Shown: positions 33,464 to 44,074 of the stretch, piece after piece
Layout of the letters: every line of letters begins with the position of its first letter
Numbering within the stretch: the stretch's first letter is position 1
Position numbers and translations under genes: made by a program
Notes under the pieces: model-generated
Databases searched by the model: none
The model's input: only the letters and a program-made list of their open reading frames with translations
What the model was told of the DNA's origin: nothing
Assembly (NCBI RefSeq): GCF_000142905.1
Contig: NW_013657642.1
Coordinates: 3,688 to 67,687 of the forward strand
Source: Thecamonas trahens ATCC 50062
Taxonomy: Eukaryota > Protista > Apusomonadida
Reading direction: 5' to 3'
DNA length: 64,000 nucleotides

Positions 33464-34630
33464 ATGTTTTCGTGGTTCTCGCGCTCGTCGCAGGCGTCCG
33501 AGTCGTCATTGTCGCCTCCACCAGAGGCAAGGCCGACGTCGGCTGAAGCTGTGACGGAGCCGAGCGACACGAGGCCTCTGCGACATGTGCTGGTCATCGA
33601 CACGGCTGCGACGGATTGGGCTGCCACGTTTGCGGCGGCCGACTCGGCCGAGGCTGGCGGCTGGCCGTGGAAGATCGAAGTGACGCAGGCCGAGTGGGCC
33701 GATGTCCGAGTGACGGCTGAGACGTCGCGCGGAAAGCGAAAGACGCCGCTGGTGTTTGTGCGCGGTGGCGGGGCGCCGTGCAGGCCGGACCTTGTCCTCG
33801 TCCGCAGCCTTGTCCGCGGCCTCACGCCCGATCGCGACTACCGCAACCAGATGTACGCGCTGCGGATGGCTGGCGTGACTGCCGTCAACTCGTGGGAGTC
33901 CATCATGAACTGCCAGGAGCGGCCGTGGCTCCATGCGGCGCTGCTCGACCTTGTCGACGCCGTCGGCCACGACGCCTTTCCGCTCATCGACCAGCAGCTG
34001 TTCCCTCTCGCGGGCTCGATTTCGTTCCCCTCGTTTATGCCGTGCGTCATCAAGGTCGGCCACGCCGAGGCCGGCTACGGCAAGATGCGGGTGTTTTCCG
34101 ACAAGGATCTGACCGACGCTTCGTCACTCCTTGCCCTCCACCGCGACTACGCCACCATCGAGCCCTACATCGACGAGGACGCGCGCGAGTACGACCTGCG
34201 CATCCAGAAGATTGGCCCGCACATCCGGGCCTACAAGCGGTACTCGCCCAATTGGAAGGGCAACGTCGGCACGGCGCTCATCGAGGAGATAGCAGTCACG
34301 CCGGCGTATGCCCGCTGGGCCGAGCTCGCCGCAGGCCTCTTTGGCGGCATTGACATTTGCACCGTCGACGCCATCCATCTGCACGACGGCTCCGACGTCA
34401 TCCTCGAGGTCAACGACACCGCCTCGGGCTTTATGACCGGCAACGAGTGGGAGGACAATCTCCACGTGGCGGCCGTCGTCCGTGCCCGCCTCGCCGGCGA
34501 CGACCCGTGTGCTGGCGGCTCGGTCCTTGCTCTCCACCCACCGGTCTCGTCTGAGGGCAATCAGACCGACGCCAGCCAGACCGACGCGGGAGACGTCGAC
34601 GACGACTCAGACTGGTCATCCGACCAGTGA
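33464..34630 (+). CDS. synapsin-like ATP-grasp protein (synapsin C domain)
   Basis: RPDLVLVR, AVNSWES, FPLIDQ, VIKVGHAEAGYGKMRV, YATIEPYID, YDLRIQKIG, NWKGNVG, FGGIDICTVDA, ILEVN are collinear with animal synapsin domain C. Confidence 0.88.
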   Translation: MFSWFSRSSQASESSLSPPPEARPTSAEAVTEPSDTRPLRHVLVIDTAATDWAATFAAADSAEAGGWPWKIEVTQAEWADVRVTAETSRGKRKTPLVFVRGGGAPCRPDLVLVRSLVRGLTPDRDYRNQMYALRMAGVTAVNSWESIMNCQERPWLHAALLDLVDAVGHDAFPLIDQQLFPLAGSISFPSFMPCVIKVGHAEAGYGKMRVFSDKDLTDASSLLALHRDYATIEPYIDEDAREYDLRIQKIGPHIRAYKRYSPNWKGNVGTALIEEIAVTPAYARWAELAAGLFGGIDICTVDAIHLHDGSDVILEVNDTASGFMTGNEWEDNLHVAAVVRARLAGDDPCAGGSVLALHPPVSSEGNQTDASQTDAGDVDDDSDWSSDQ

Positions 34631-34646
34631 TTCTACCGCCACTCTG

Positions 34647-35243
34647 TCACGGCTCAACGACCGTGTACAACTTGACCTTGTGCAGGTACTTGTCCTCGCA
34701 CTCGCGGTCCTTCCGCCAGTAAGTGAACGACTCGCCCTCGCGATCGACGAGCTTGCGGATGTACCCGTTTTCCCACCGCAGCGGCTCGCCGCCGTTGGCC
34801 TCGACATACTCCTCCATCGTCTTGTAGCCAACCGATTGCAGCCGAAACGCCTCTTCCACCTCGGGCGACCACTTTTTTGCCCGCACCATCTTCATCCGCG
34901 GCCCGCCGCCACGCCCACGCCCACGGCCTCGCCCGCGCCCACGCCCGCGTCCGCGACCGCGACCGCGCCCACGCCCACGTCCTCGCCCGCGCCCACGCCC
35001 ACGCCCGCGACCGCGCCCACTGCCGGTCCCTGCCGACGGACCAGCGCCGTCATCGCCTCCAACTCCCCCATCATCGCCCCCATCCTTCGGCCCATCCCTC
35101 GGCTCGCCGTCGCCACCCGACTCGCCCGCGCTGCCGCCCGCTCCCTCGGCGCCCAGCCCGGCACCGGCGCCGGAACCACTCTCGGGCGTCTGCTCCTCCG
35201 ACTCGCGCAGAGACTTGGGCATAAGCAAGTCTGTGATGGACAT
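34647..35243 (-). CDS. MEIG1: MEIG1-family protein with Gly-rich and (GR)18 N-terminal extension
   Basis: AKKWSPEVEEAFRLQSVGY...RWENGYIRKL...FTYWRKDRECEDKYLHKVKLY matches MEIG1; start uncertain (35243, 35222 or 34895). Confidence 0.82.
   Translation of the reverse strand: MSITDLLMPKSLRESEEQTPESGSGAGAGLGAEGAGGSAGESGGDGEPRDGPKDGGDDGGVGGDDGAGPSAGTGSGRGRGRGRGRGRGRGRGRGRGRGRGRGRGRGRGRGRGGGPRMKMVRAKKWSPEVEEAFRLQSVGYKTMEEYVEANGGEPLRWENGYIRKLVDREGESFTYWRKDRECEDKYLHKVKLYTVVEP
34911..35018 (-). repeat. (Gly-Arg)18 dipeptide repeat
   Basis: 108 nt of GGN CGN with variation only at third codon positions. Confidence 0.9.
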
Positions 35244-35704
35244 AATGTCGTAGGCGTATAGCGGAAGGAGTGGCTCTTGCGTCTGCTGCGTGTCTGGCTC
35301 GCCTGTGTCCGGTCTCCGCCGTCCGAGTTGAGTGCCACCGCGCGCCGCTCGCCGCCCGCCCGCCCACCCGCCCGCCCGCCTACCCGACCACCATCCGATC
35401 ACCACCCGATGGCCCGATGACCCTCACCGCCCTTGCTCCCCCCGCCCGACCCCCGACCACCTGCCCGACCACCTGCCCGAACACCCATCACACTGCCAAC
35501 TGCGGACGGATCAATGCCATCGCGGACGGTACCCCTCCAGTCCAAAGCCCTGATCAGCATCCCCTGGCAGTGTCAGTCCCAACTCGATCAACAACCGTAG
35601 TTCATGCTGCAGCCTACATCCGGCGTGCTGGCCTCCAGGCCCACATCATTGGCCGAGTCTGTGCCACGCTTCTCTCTCTCTCATTTGTTCAATCAACTCA
35701 AACC

Positions 35705-36771
35705 ATGGGGGCCGAAGTGACCAAGATGTGCGGGTACGTATCTGGAGCATACGACCATGTCGTCGCCGCCCTCCCCCCCGCCCCCGCCCCCCTCCTCCCC
35801 ATCACAACGTAGTCTTGTACCCATGCTGACTTCCACCTCCTCTCCCCGTCTATGGCTGCATCTGGCGGCGGTGGAGTCGGAGACGGCGACCGTTGCGAAA
35901 CGGTTCCCAAACAGGCAATGAACCACACGTGGGCCTTGACGCATACATGTCGCCGTGGCGTTTTTCCCGGTGGACGCTGGAAAAATTGTTATTGTTGATG
36001 GATGCCATTCGCCGGTGTTCTTGGCGACGCTGCTCACCACTCACCCTTTCCTCTCTTCTGGCTTCCTTTCGCTTGGGCGGGCAGTGGCGATGCGGATGGC
36101 GATGGCATTCCCGATGCGCTCGAGGACATGATGGAGGACCTCAGCTTAGACAAGATCATCGAGGCTATCATGGACGCACTGGAGCGTGGTGTGCGGTTTG
36201 CGGTGGAAAAGGCATCAGCTGTCGGCGGCTTTCTCAACAACCCCAAGATCCACATTCCCTGGCCGGAGCGGTTCACCAAAGTCAAAGAGAAGCTGGAGAA
36301 GATCGGCTTCCGCGACACCATTGCCGAGTTTGTCGAGTCGCTCAACAGCGCTGCCGAGCGCGCAGCGGGCTCGGCCGTTGACATCTTTGTCGGCGCCATC
36401 CGCGGCCTCTCCTTTGACCGCGCCCGCGAGATTCTCGACGGCGGCGCCGACGCATGTACCGCCTTTCTGCGCGAGATGTGCTACGAGCCGCTCAAGAACA
36501 TGTTCAAGCCCATCGTCGATGCTGCCCTTGAGGCCGTTGACGTCACCGCCATGTGGGACAAGCTTGTGAAGGCGTACAACAAGATCCTTTCGTCGACGAC
36601 ATCCCGGTCGACTTTCTCGACGACTACGCTGTGACCAAGGCTATCTCGGGTCTTTTTGAGCTGATCAAGGACAAGGAGGCCGAGATCCGGGCTAACCCCG
36701 CCGGCGAGGGCTCTGAGCTCCTCGAGTCTGTCTTCTCCCAGGCCGCGGGCTTTGCCGGCGCCTCTGGATGA
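35705..36771 (+). CDS. DUF4197-family protein with N-myristoylation exon; exons 35705-35733 and 36085-36771; one frame break at ~36586
   Basis: MGAEVTKMCG|GDADGDGIPD, then GGFLNNPKIHIPWP, SLNSAAERA, IFVGAIRGLSF, ILDGGADACT, FKPIV, YNKI[P]FV, TKAISGLFELIKDKEAEIRANP, LLESVF. Confidence 0.82.
35734..36084 (+). other. spliceosomal intron (351 nt)
   Basis: GTACGT donor, CTCAC branch candidates at ~36033-36044, GCAG acceptor; phase-2 junction is in frame. Confidence 0.75.
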
Positions 36772-36841
36772 TGTGATGCTCCTCCGCTCCCCGCCCGCTT
36801 CCCGCGCTCCTGTCCACCATTGAAAGCTACGTGCTAGAGCT

Positions 36842-37506
36842 TTACATCTCACCGCACTCGGTGATGACGCACGCAACCTTGGGCTGGTTCTGCGGCGTGG
36901 TGGGAACGGCCTCGAGCTTGCGGACCGTGAGCATGCCCTCAATGACGCGGCCAAAGACGACGTGGACGCCATCGAGCCAGTCTGCCGCTGCGGTGGTGAT
37001 AAAGAACTGGCATCCGTTCGAGTCCTTGCCCGAGTTGGCCATGGAGAGGAGGCCCGGCCCGGTGTGCTTGATGTCAAAGTTCTCATCCTCAAACGAGGCG
37101 CCGTAGATGGAGAGCGAGCCGGTGCCATCGCCCGCCAGAAAGTCGCCGCCCTGGATCATAAAGCCCTTGATGACCCGATGAAAGGGGCAGCCCTTGTACC
37201 CAACAGGCTCGCCCATCTTCTTGAACTCACCCGTGCAGAGCTGCCGGAAGTTCTCGGCCGTCCTCGGCACCACGTCAGCAAACAGCTCCATTTTGATCCG
37301 CCCGGCCGCCTGCCCTCCGATCGACACGTCAAAGAACACAATCGGATTGTCGTTGACTCCAGGCGCCTGCGGCTTCTCCGCCATGCCCGGCACCGCCACC
37401 ACGGGCTCGCCCGTCACCTCGCCGCCACCGCCGCCTACCGCGCTGCCTCCCTCCACCGCTCCGCCTCCTCCAGCCACAGGCCCGCACTTGGTCCAGCACT
37501 CGCCAT
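36842..37506 (-). CDS. PPIH: cyclophilin H (U4/U6 snRNP peptidyl-prolyl isomerase)
   Basis: [62 protein letters not shown]. The conserved part reads from ATG 37384; ATG 37506 (MASAGPSAG|PVAGG) joins through a one-base shift at ~37480. Confidence 0.9.
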
Positions 37507-37539
37507 GTTGTTCCAATATATATCTCTTGCTCCTCCCTC

Positions 37540-37553
37540 TGCTACTGCTGCTA

Positions 37554-37597
<44 letters not shown>

Positions 37598-37601
37598 CCT
37601 G
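37540..37601 (+). repeat. (CTG)n imperfect trinucleotide repeat upstream of PPIH
   Basis: gctactgctgctactgctgctgctgctgctgttgttgctgctg... Confidence 0.8.
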
Positions 37602-37764
37602 CTTCTCACCGAGTCGCTCTCGCCTCGCCTCGGTAGCTGCTCTCCACCAATCAATGAAAAGTCGAGTGTTGCCGCCTTGCCCCCCCCCCCCCCCCCCCTC
37701 CCCCTCCCCCACATTCTCATCCCATCCCATTCCTTCAATATACCCCTTGCTCCAGGACCAAAGG

Positions 37765-40700
37765 TCAAGAGTAGTATGTGAGCACATCTTGGTGCGCGCC
37801 ACGGACAAGGACGGTGGGAACATCGCCGACGACGTGCATCTCGTTCCACGCCAGCCAGACATCGTCGGGCACAATGCTCGCGGGCAGCGGCATGGTGACG
37901 ATGACCAGGCCGGCGTCCGACGACATTTCGCGGAGAAGGTCGCGCTGCCGGAGCAGCTGGCGGGTCTTGGACGAGATGCGGGTCTCGGACGCGGGTGCCA
38001 CCTCGCTCCATTCCCTCAGCGAGCGCTCCGACGGCTCGAGCGTGAGATCGACGACCTCGGTCGAGGTGTAGGGGATGCGGAATCGGGTGAGCATCCGCTG
38101 CAGCTTGGGGAGGAGGACGTTGAGCGACTTGGACGTCTCGTTGCCGCACTGCAGGCCACCGGCAATGATGCGGAGCGAGCACTTGCGCCACTCCTTGTTC
38201 TGCCGCAGCAGCCACGCCATGAGCAGCGGCAGCCCACCGTCGGCGGCCATCCACCACACGTCGATCCGGCCCGAGACCGGGAGCGCGTCCGGAAAGTTGG
38301 GCACTGGCGCCCGGACAAGGACCGTCGAGTAGTCGAGGACCAGCGCCTCGCGCACCGTCCGCACAAGCTCGCTGTCCGCTCCCGACCGCGTCGTCGGCAG
38401 CTCGAGCACAATCGTGTTGGGCCGGAGCTTGCCCACTCCGGCCGTCTGCAGCAGCAGCCGGTGGCCCGACTGCAGGTCCGGCGCAATGACCGAGTCGATG
38501 AACCCGGTGATTCCGGCGTCGACCAGCAGCGTCGATGTCCGCATCTCGAGATACTCTTCAAACGCCGTGTCAAAGCTCCCCACCACCACCGCAGAGACCT
38601 CGAGGACTCCGTTCGAGACCCGTGCAAAGAGGTCCGCAAACCGCACAAGTGTCATCGACCGCTCCGACCCTGGGTCATCACAGAGGACAAGGAACGCCGG
38701 CCGGTACGTCTTGACATGCTCCCGCGTCACCTCCAGTCGCGCAGTCTGCTTCAGCGCGTCGAGGTAGATCTTGGCCTGCCGCGCAGAGCCCCAGTTGACG
38801 TCGTTCTCCTGCCAGTCCACGTACTTGTACAGCAGCATCGCAGCCGTGAGCGTCGCCAGCGAAAAAATGTAGTTGATGACAAACATGAGCACAATGCACA
38901 TAAACGTGCCCGCGAGCGCCACCCACCGGTTAAAGTACGTAAACGACGGCCGCCACCCGGGCACCTTGGCCGTCGCTGTCGCAAAGCACGCGTAGTTGAT
39001 AAACGCGTACGAGATCATGAAAAAGTTGGTGATCAGCGGCGCAATCGCGTTGAGGTCGCCGATGCACATCACCGCTCCGGCAATGAGGAACGTGAGCACG
39101 TACGCCCGGACTGGCTCGTTGTTGGCACCGCGGCCCTTGGCAAACGCCACAAGCGCCGGGAACAGCCCGTCCTCGCACACAGCCTGGAACACCCGCGGCG
39201 CACCCACAAGCGCCGCAAGCGCAGACGAGAGCCCCGCCGCAAAAATGCCCGCAATGATGAGCGGGCCGAAAAACGCAGACTGGATCATAATCTCATTGTT
39301 GTGCAGGAGCCCGCCGGGTGTCGTCCCGGGCACCTCCTTCACAAGCGTCGCCCCGAGCATCCAGATGAGCACAAGGTACACCACACCCGACACAGCCACA
39401 GCCGCAATCGTTCCGCGCGGAATAGACAGCTGCGCGTCCTTCAGATCACCCGAAATGTTGGCTCCGGCCATGATGCCCGTCGACGCCGGGAAAAGACCGA
39501 GAAGAGCGTAAAGAACGACTCGTTTCGCCACTCGGTAGACATGTTCTCAGACAGCGTCGCTGACGAGTACGACGTAAAGCCGAGGTTCGCATCGCTCTTG
39601 CCAAACGTGCCCACCACGTACGAGAGAATCGAAAAGACAAGCAGCACAAGGAGCGTGAGCTGGAACTTGACCACCCATGCCACTCCGATCATCGCAATGA
39701 TGATGAGAAAGACGAGTGCAATGAGCGCCACAAGCGTCTGGTCCCAGCTCCCGCCCTTGCTCCAATTGTAGTTGTCCGGAAACACAGACTCGACCACTGT
39801 CTCGGCAAAGCCCACAAGATGGAGCGAGACCGCTCCGGCGTTAGCAATCGAGAACAGGATCCCAATCGCGCCGCCAAACTCGGGCCCGAGCGACCGCGAA
39901 ATCATAAAGTACGCTCCACCCGAGAGCACCTCGCCATTGGTGCAGATCGCACTGAGCGATAGCGTCGTGATCGACGTCACAATCATGCACGCCACAACAA
40001 TGAGCGACGCGTACCACACCCCGCCGTGGCCCACCATCCACCCCAGCCGCAGAAACATGAGCACTCCCCAAATGTTGAGCAGGCACCGTGCAAACACTCC
40101 TTCAAACGTCCCAAACTTGGTCTTGTTGCCGCCACCGGCTCCGGCCTCGCCGTCGCCGCCGTCACCGCCGTCGCCGTCGCCGTCGGCCACGGCACCAGCT
40201 CCCGTCAGCGCCTCTCGGATCGACGGCCGCTTGGTTCCCGACCGTCGAAAGTAGATTGTGTCCGGATGCGCGTCGATGAGCGTTTCATACCGCGACTGGA
40301 CCTCCTCGGGCAAGTCGTCCACCCGCGGCGTCGCCTGCATCCCGCTCCCACCCGAGCTCAGTCCCGGCGCCAGCGCAGTGACCTTGACCGCAGACAGCGG
40401 GACAGAGAGCGGGAGATGGGTCGATGAGCCCGAGGTGCCCAGCGGGAGATGCCCTCCGCTCGTTGCCTCCTTTTTCTCTCCGATGCTCTTTCGCCCGCTC
40501 CTCTGCCCAGCAGCTGGAGTGCGGGCACCACGAGAGCCGCGGCCGTTGCCACCACTCCCACTCCCATGGCCACTCCCATGGCCACCGCCATGGCCACCAC
40601 GAGAGGAACCGTTGTTCGCTACACCGCTTCCTTGGCCACCACTCTTCCTTCTCCTCCCACTCCCACTCCCACCACCACCGCCTTCGCCTCGGCTGGACTG

Positions 40701-40834
40701 GCTCGCTGTCGCACCCTCTCCGACTCGGACACTCTCGCTCGTACTCGCCTTGCCCCAGGGACAACCTCCTCCACCTCGTCGTACGAGTAGGTGTATGAGT
40801 AGCCCGAGTACATGTCGGACGTCCACCCGGACAT
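37765..40834 (-). CDS. SLC12 cation-chloride cotransporter (NKCC/NCC-like); frame breaks at ~40755 and ~39492
   Basis: [49 protein letters not shown][F][57 protein letters not shown]...VLTYYS. Confidence 0.93.
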
Positions 40835-41058
40835 GCTGTATCAAAGACCTCGCCCGTCCTTCTTTGCGGGTGAGGTGAGCCCCCTGTCGCCTGTCCCCCT
40901 CCCGCCTCCGCACTCGTCCCTCCCGCCGTCTTTGCCAATGTTACCGGGTGGCGGTAAAACGGACGGTTTTCCTTGGACTCGGCTTGGAAAATTGATGGCA
41001 AAAAAGAAACCCCCTCAGAGACTCACTCTCAACCTAGCTCGCAGGGGAACAGCCATTT

Positions 41059-43907
41059 TTATTGGCGGGGAGCAAAGCCAAAGGCGGCGAGCAGCTTGCC
41101 GAGCGTGTCCTTGTCCTTGAAGATGATGAGTGAGCACATGACAATGAGGCCGCCGACAAGGCCGACAGCGCCGACGCCGACAGCGACGCCGAGCGGGAAT
41201 GACTCGGCGTCGCCCTGCTCTTCAAAGTTGTCCACAAACTCGTACGTGCATCCCGTCTTGGAGACCGAGCCAAAGGCGCCGGTGATGACGAGGGCGTAGT
41301 TCTGCGGGCCCGACGGGACATTCCAGCCCTTGACCTGAACCTTGTACGTGGTGCCCGAGATAATCGACGACGGTGCCAGCACGGCTTGCTCCACTGTGTT
41401 GCGGGTGTCGCGCTTGGTCACCCAATTTCCGGTCTGCGTCTTCTCGTCGGTGCCCATGTAGAGGTTGAGGTCGTTGACGAGCGCGATCGACGACGACGGC
41501 GAGCCCGGCACGTCCGACCACACCAGCGTTGCCTTGAGCGACTGCGCGTTTGTCACGCCCGAGATGCAGTAGTTGACAGTGGCGTCGGTTGAGACTTGCA
41601 TCGAGTCGTCGACGTACAGCGCGTGGCTCGACGACGCAAACTTGAGCGCATTGTCGAGCTGGACCCGGCCAAAGCCCTGGAAAATGGACGGAATCGACGT
41701 GAGCCGGACGTACGTCCCGTTGTTGCCAACGTCGATCTCGCCGGTGAGCGGCACAGCAGAGTTGATAAGCGTGGCCTTGACTAGCGCCGCCGATGGCATG
41801 AGTTGGGCGCTGGCGCTAGCGCTGCCGGACGGGTAGTAGCCGCTGAGGTAGTACTGGCGGACGAGCGCGGCGAGGCCGGCCATGGTCGGGCATGCCATCG
41901 ACGTGCCGGCCATCGACAACAGCGCCGCCTGGTTGGCGCCCGACGGCGAGCCGGTGGCGCAGTGCTCGGCCGAGTTTCCGCCGCCGTCAGAGTGCGCCGA
42001 CACAATGTCCTGCCCGGGCGCCATGAGGTCTGGCTTGAGCCGGCCGTCGGTCGTTGGCCCGCGCGACGAGAACGGCGCCACGTTGACCTTGTCCCACCGT
42101 GAAGGCGAGTTGCGGATCGACGACTCAATTTTTGACCGGCAGCAGTACTCCTGCGCAGCCTTGTTGGCCGTGCAGCAGTCTGAGATGCCGGCATCGCGCG
42201 CCACAGCATCGCGCTCGTCCCAGTCGTAGTAGTTGAGCGCGTCCACAAAGCCATCGTTTGACGTCTGCGACGCGCCCACCGCAAGGCACGACTTGGACGT
42301 GGCCGGCGAGCCCACGTTCGACGTGATCGACTCGGGCGAGCCGCCATCGTTGCCACCCGCCACAAGAACGAGCATGTCCTGGTTGGTGTTCATGAACCGG
42401 TCAACCTCGGCCGCAGACGAGGTGTACGACGGCGACGACGAGCCCCACGAGTTGGAGTGAATCCGTGCTCCCGACGCGTATGGGTTGGGAAAGAGGCCCG
42501 TGTTGAGATCGCCCGGCACCGCCAGCCCGCCGCCGGTCTCGCCGATGTCCGTAAAGTAGACCTTGGCAGCTGGCGCCTGTCCGGCCCAATCGGCTACCGG
42601 CGACGACGAAGACGCCGTCGCCCCGGCCACAGACCCGACCACGTGCGTCCCGTGCCCGTTGACATCATCGGTCATGTCATTGCCCGGCGCAACCTCGTAC
42701 GCAATGATCTTGCGGTGGCTCGGCCCGGGCTGCGACACGCTGCTGTCGTAGAACATGCAGTTGTCATAGTCAAGGCCTGAGTCCGCCACTCCCACAACCT
42801 CCCCGGCCCCGTCGAGCCCGGCTGCCGTGATTGGCGTCTGCCCGGCCGTCCCAGACTGGGTGATGCCGCGCGCAAACTTGTTCCGCAGCGCGAAAACAGG
42901 CGCAAACTCAATGTGTTGCACCGCCGCATCGCGCGCCAGCGCCTGCACAAGGCCCTGCTCCACAAACGACTGCAAAGTGACCACAAGCTTGGACGGCGAC
43001 GCTGCAGCAACGTTCACCCCGCGGAAGCCAGCAGCCTCCAGCCGCGCCTCCACTGCCGCCGCATAGTCGCCCGCCGCCGTCGAGCTCGCAGCCTCGGGTG
43101 CGCCTTCGGCAAGTAGCACAAACAGCTTGCTCCCGTGCATGTGCTTCGAGTACCCGCCCCGCGGCATCTCCGCCGGCGCCTTGCTCGCCGACAGCGTCGT
43201 CTGAACATCGCCCGGCAGCGAGACAAAGGTCGCCACCTCGGCGTGGACCTTGTACTCGGGAAGAAACGGGCCAACCCACCGGACAACTGGCAGGCCCTGG
43301 ATTTCCAGTGCTTCGCGGCCCGAGCAGAACACAAGGTACGAGTGATGCGGGAGGTACGACCCCAGGCTCACGCCTAGCGCCGCCATCTCGCCCACAAGCT
43401 TAGCCTTAGCATCGTCGTCCAGCCGCCCACTAACATGCACCACATGAAGCGACCGCTCCTGCGAGAGCCCAGCCTTGACCGACGGATCCACCCATGCACG
43501 GACCGATGCCGCCAGCTGGTGCCCGGCTCCATCGCTCCGCCGCACGCCAACCACGTCAGGCGTCGTCTCCAGATCCACCAAGTGCGAGTGCAGCGCAAGC
43601 GTGTGCGGATGTGCGTTACCGTCGGTATGTGCATACGCCTCCGACTCGATGAACCGCCGCGTCAGCTCCTCCTCTGTGTACGGCTGTGGAGCAAAGAAGG
43701 GAGGGGTAGGGGGGGGGGGGGGTGTCAGTAAAGGTCGTCAACTCGCGACCTCGTCCCCAACCTCTGCTTGCGGCTCTGCCGAACAACCAGCGGCCAACGT
43801 ACTGAATACTCCCGGAAGGGAGCAGCGTGTGTGGGTGCAGTGAGGACCGCCACCAGGGCCAAGGCTGCAACCGCAGCGACTACCAAACGTGTCAAGGTGT
43901 CCGGCAT
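41059..43907 (-). CDS. membrane-anchored subtilase, KP-43/TagA-like S8 protease; exons 43907-43803 and 43683-41059
   Basis: Signal peptide, prodomain (YLPHHSYLV), catalytic ADSGLD / HGTHVVG / GTSMACP, GARIHSNSWG, FSSRGPTTDGRLKPD, QGFGR, TLVWSD..LVNDLNL, C-terminal TM. Confidence 0.92.
43684..43802 (-). other. spliceosomal intron (119 nt)
   Basis: GTACGT donor, TACTGAC branch, poly-C tract, CAG acceptor; phase 0, joins the signal peptide in frame. Confidence 0.88.
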
Positions 43908-44074
43908 GAGAGGTGTGACCACAAACCAGTGTTACGTGTGTGTGTTGGTGCGGTGCGGCTGCGGGGCTGCGGGCGCCACGCCGAGAGAAAAACCGGCTGG
44001 CGACCACCAACAAGGCTGTAACAAGCTGCGACTTGCTCGGGGGTACACTGCGGGATGGTTGGCTGCCTGATCGG

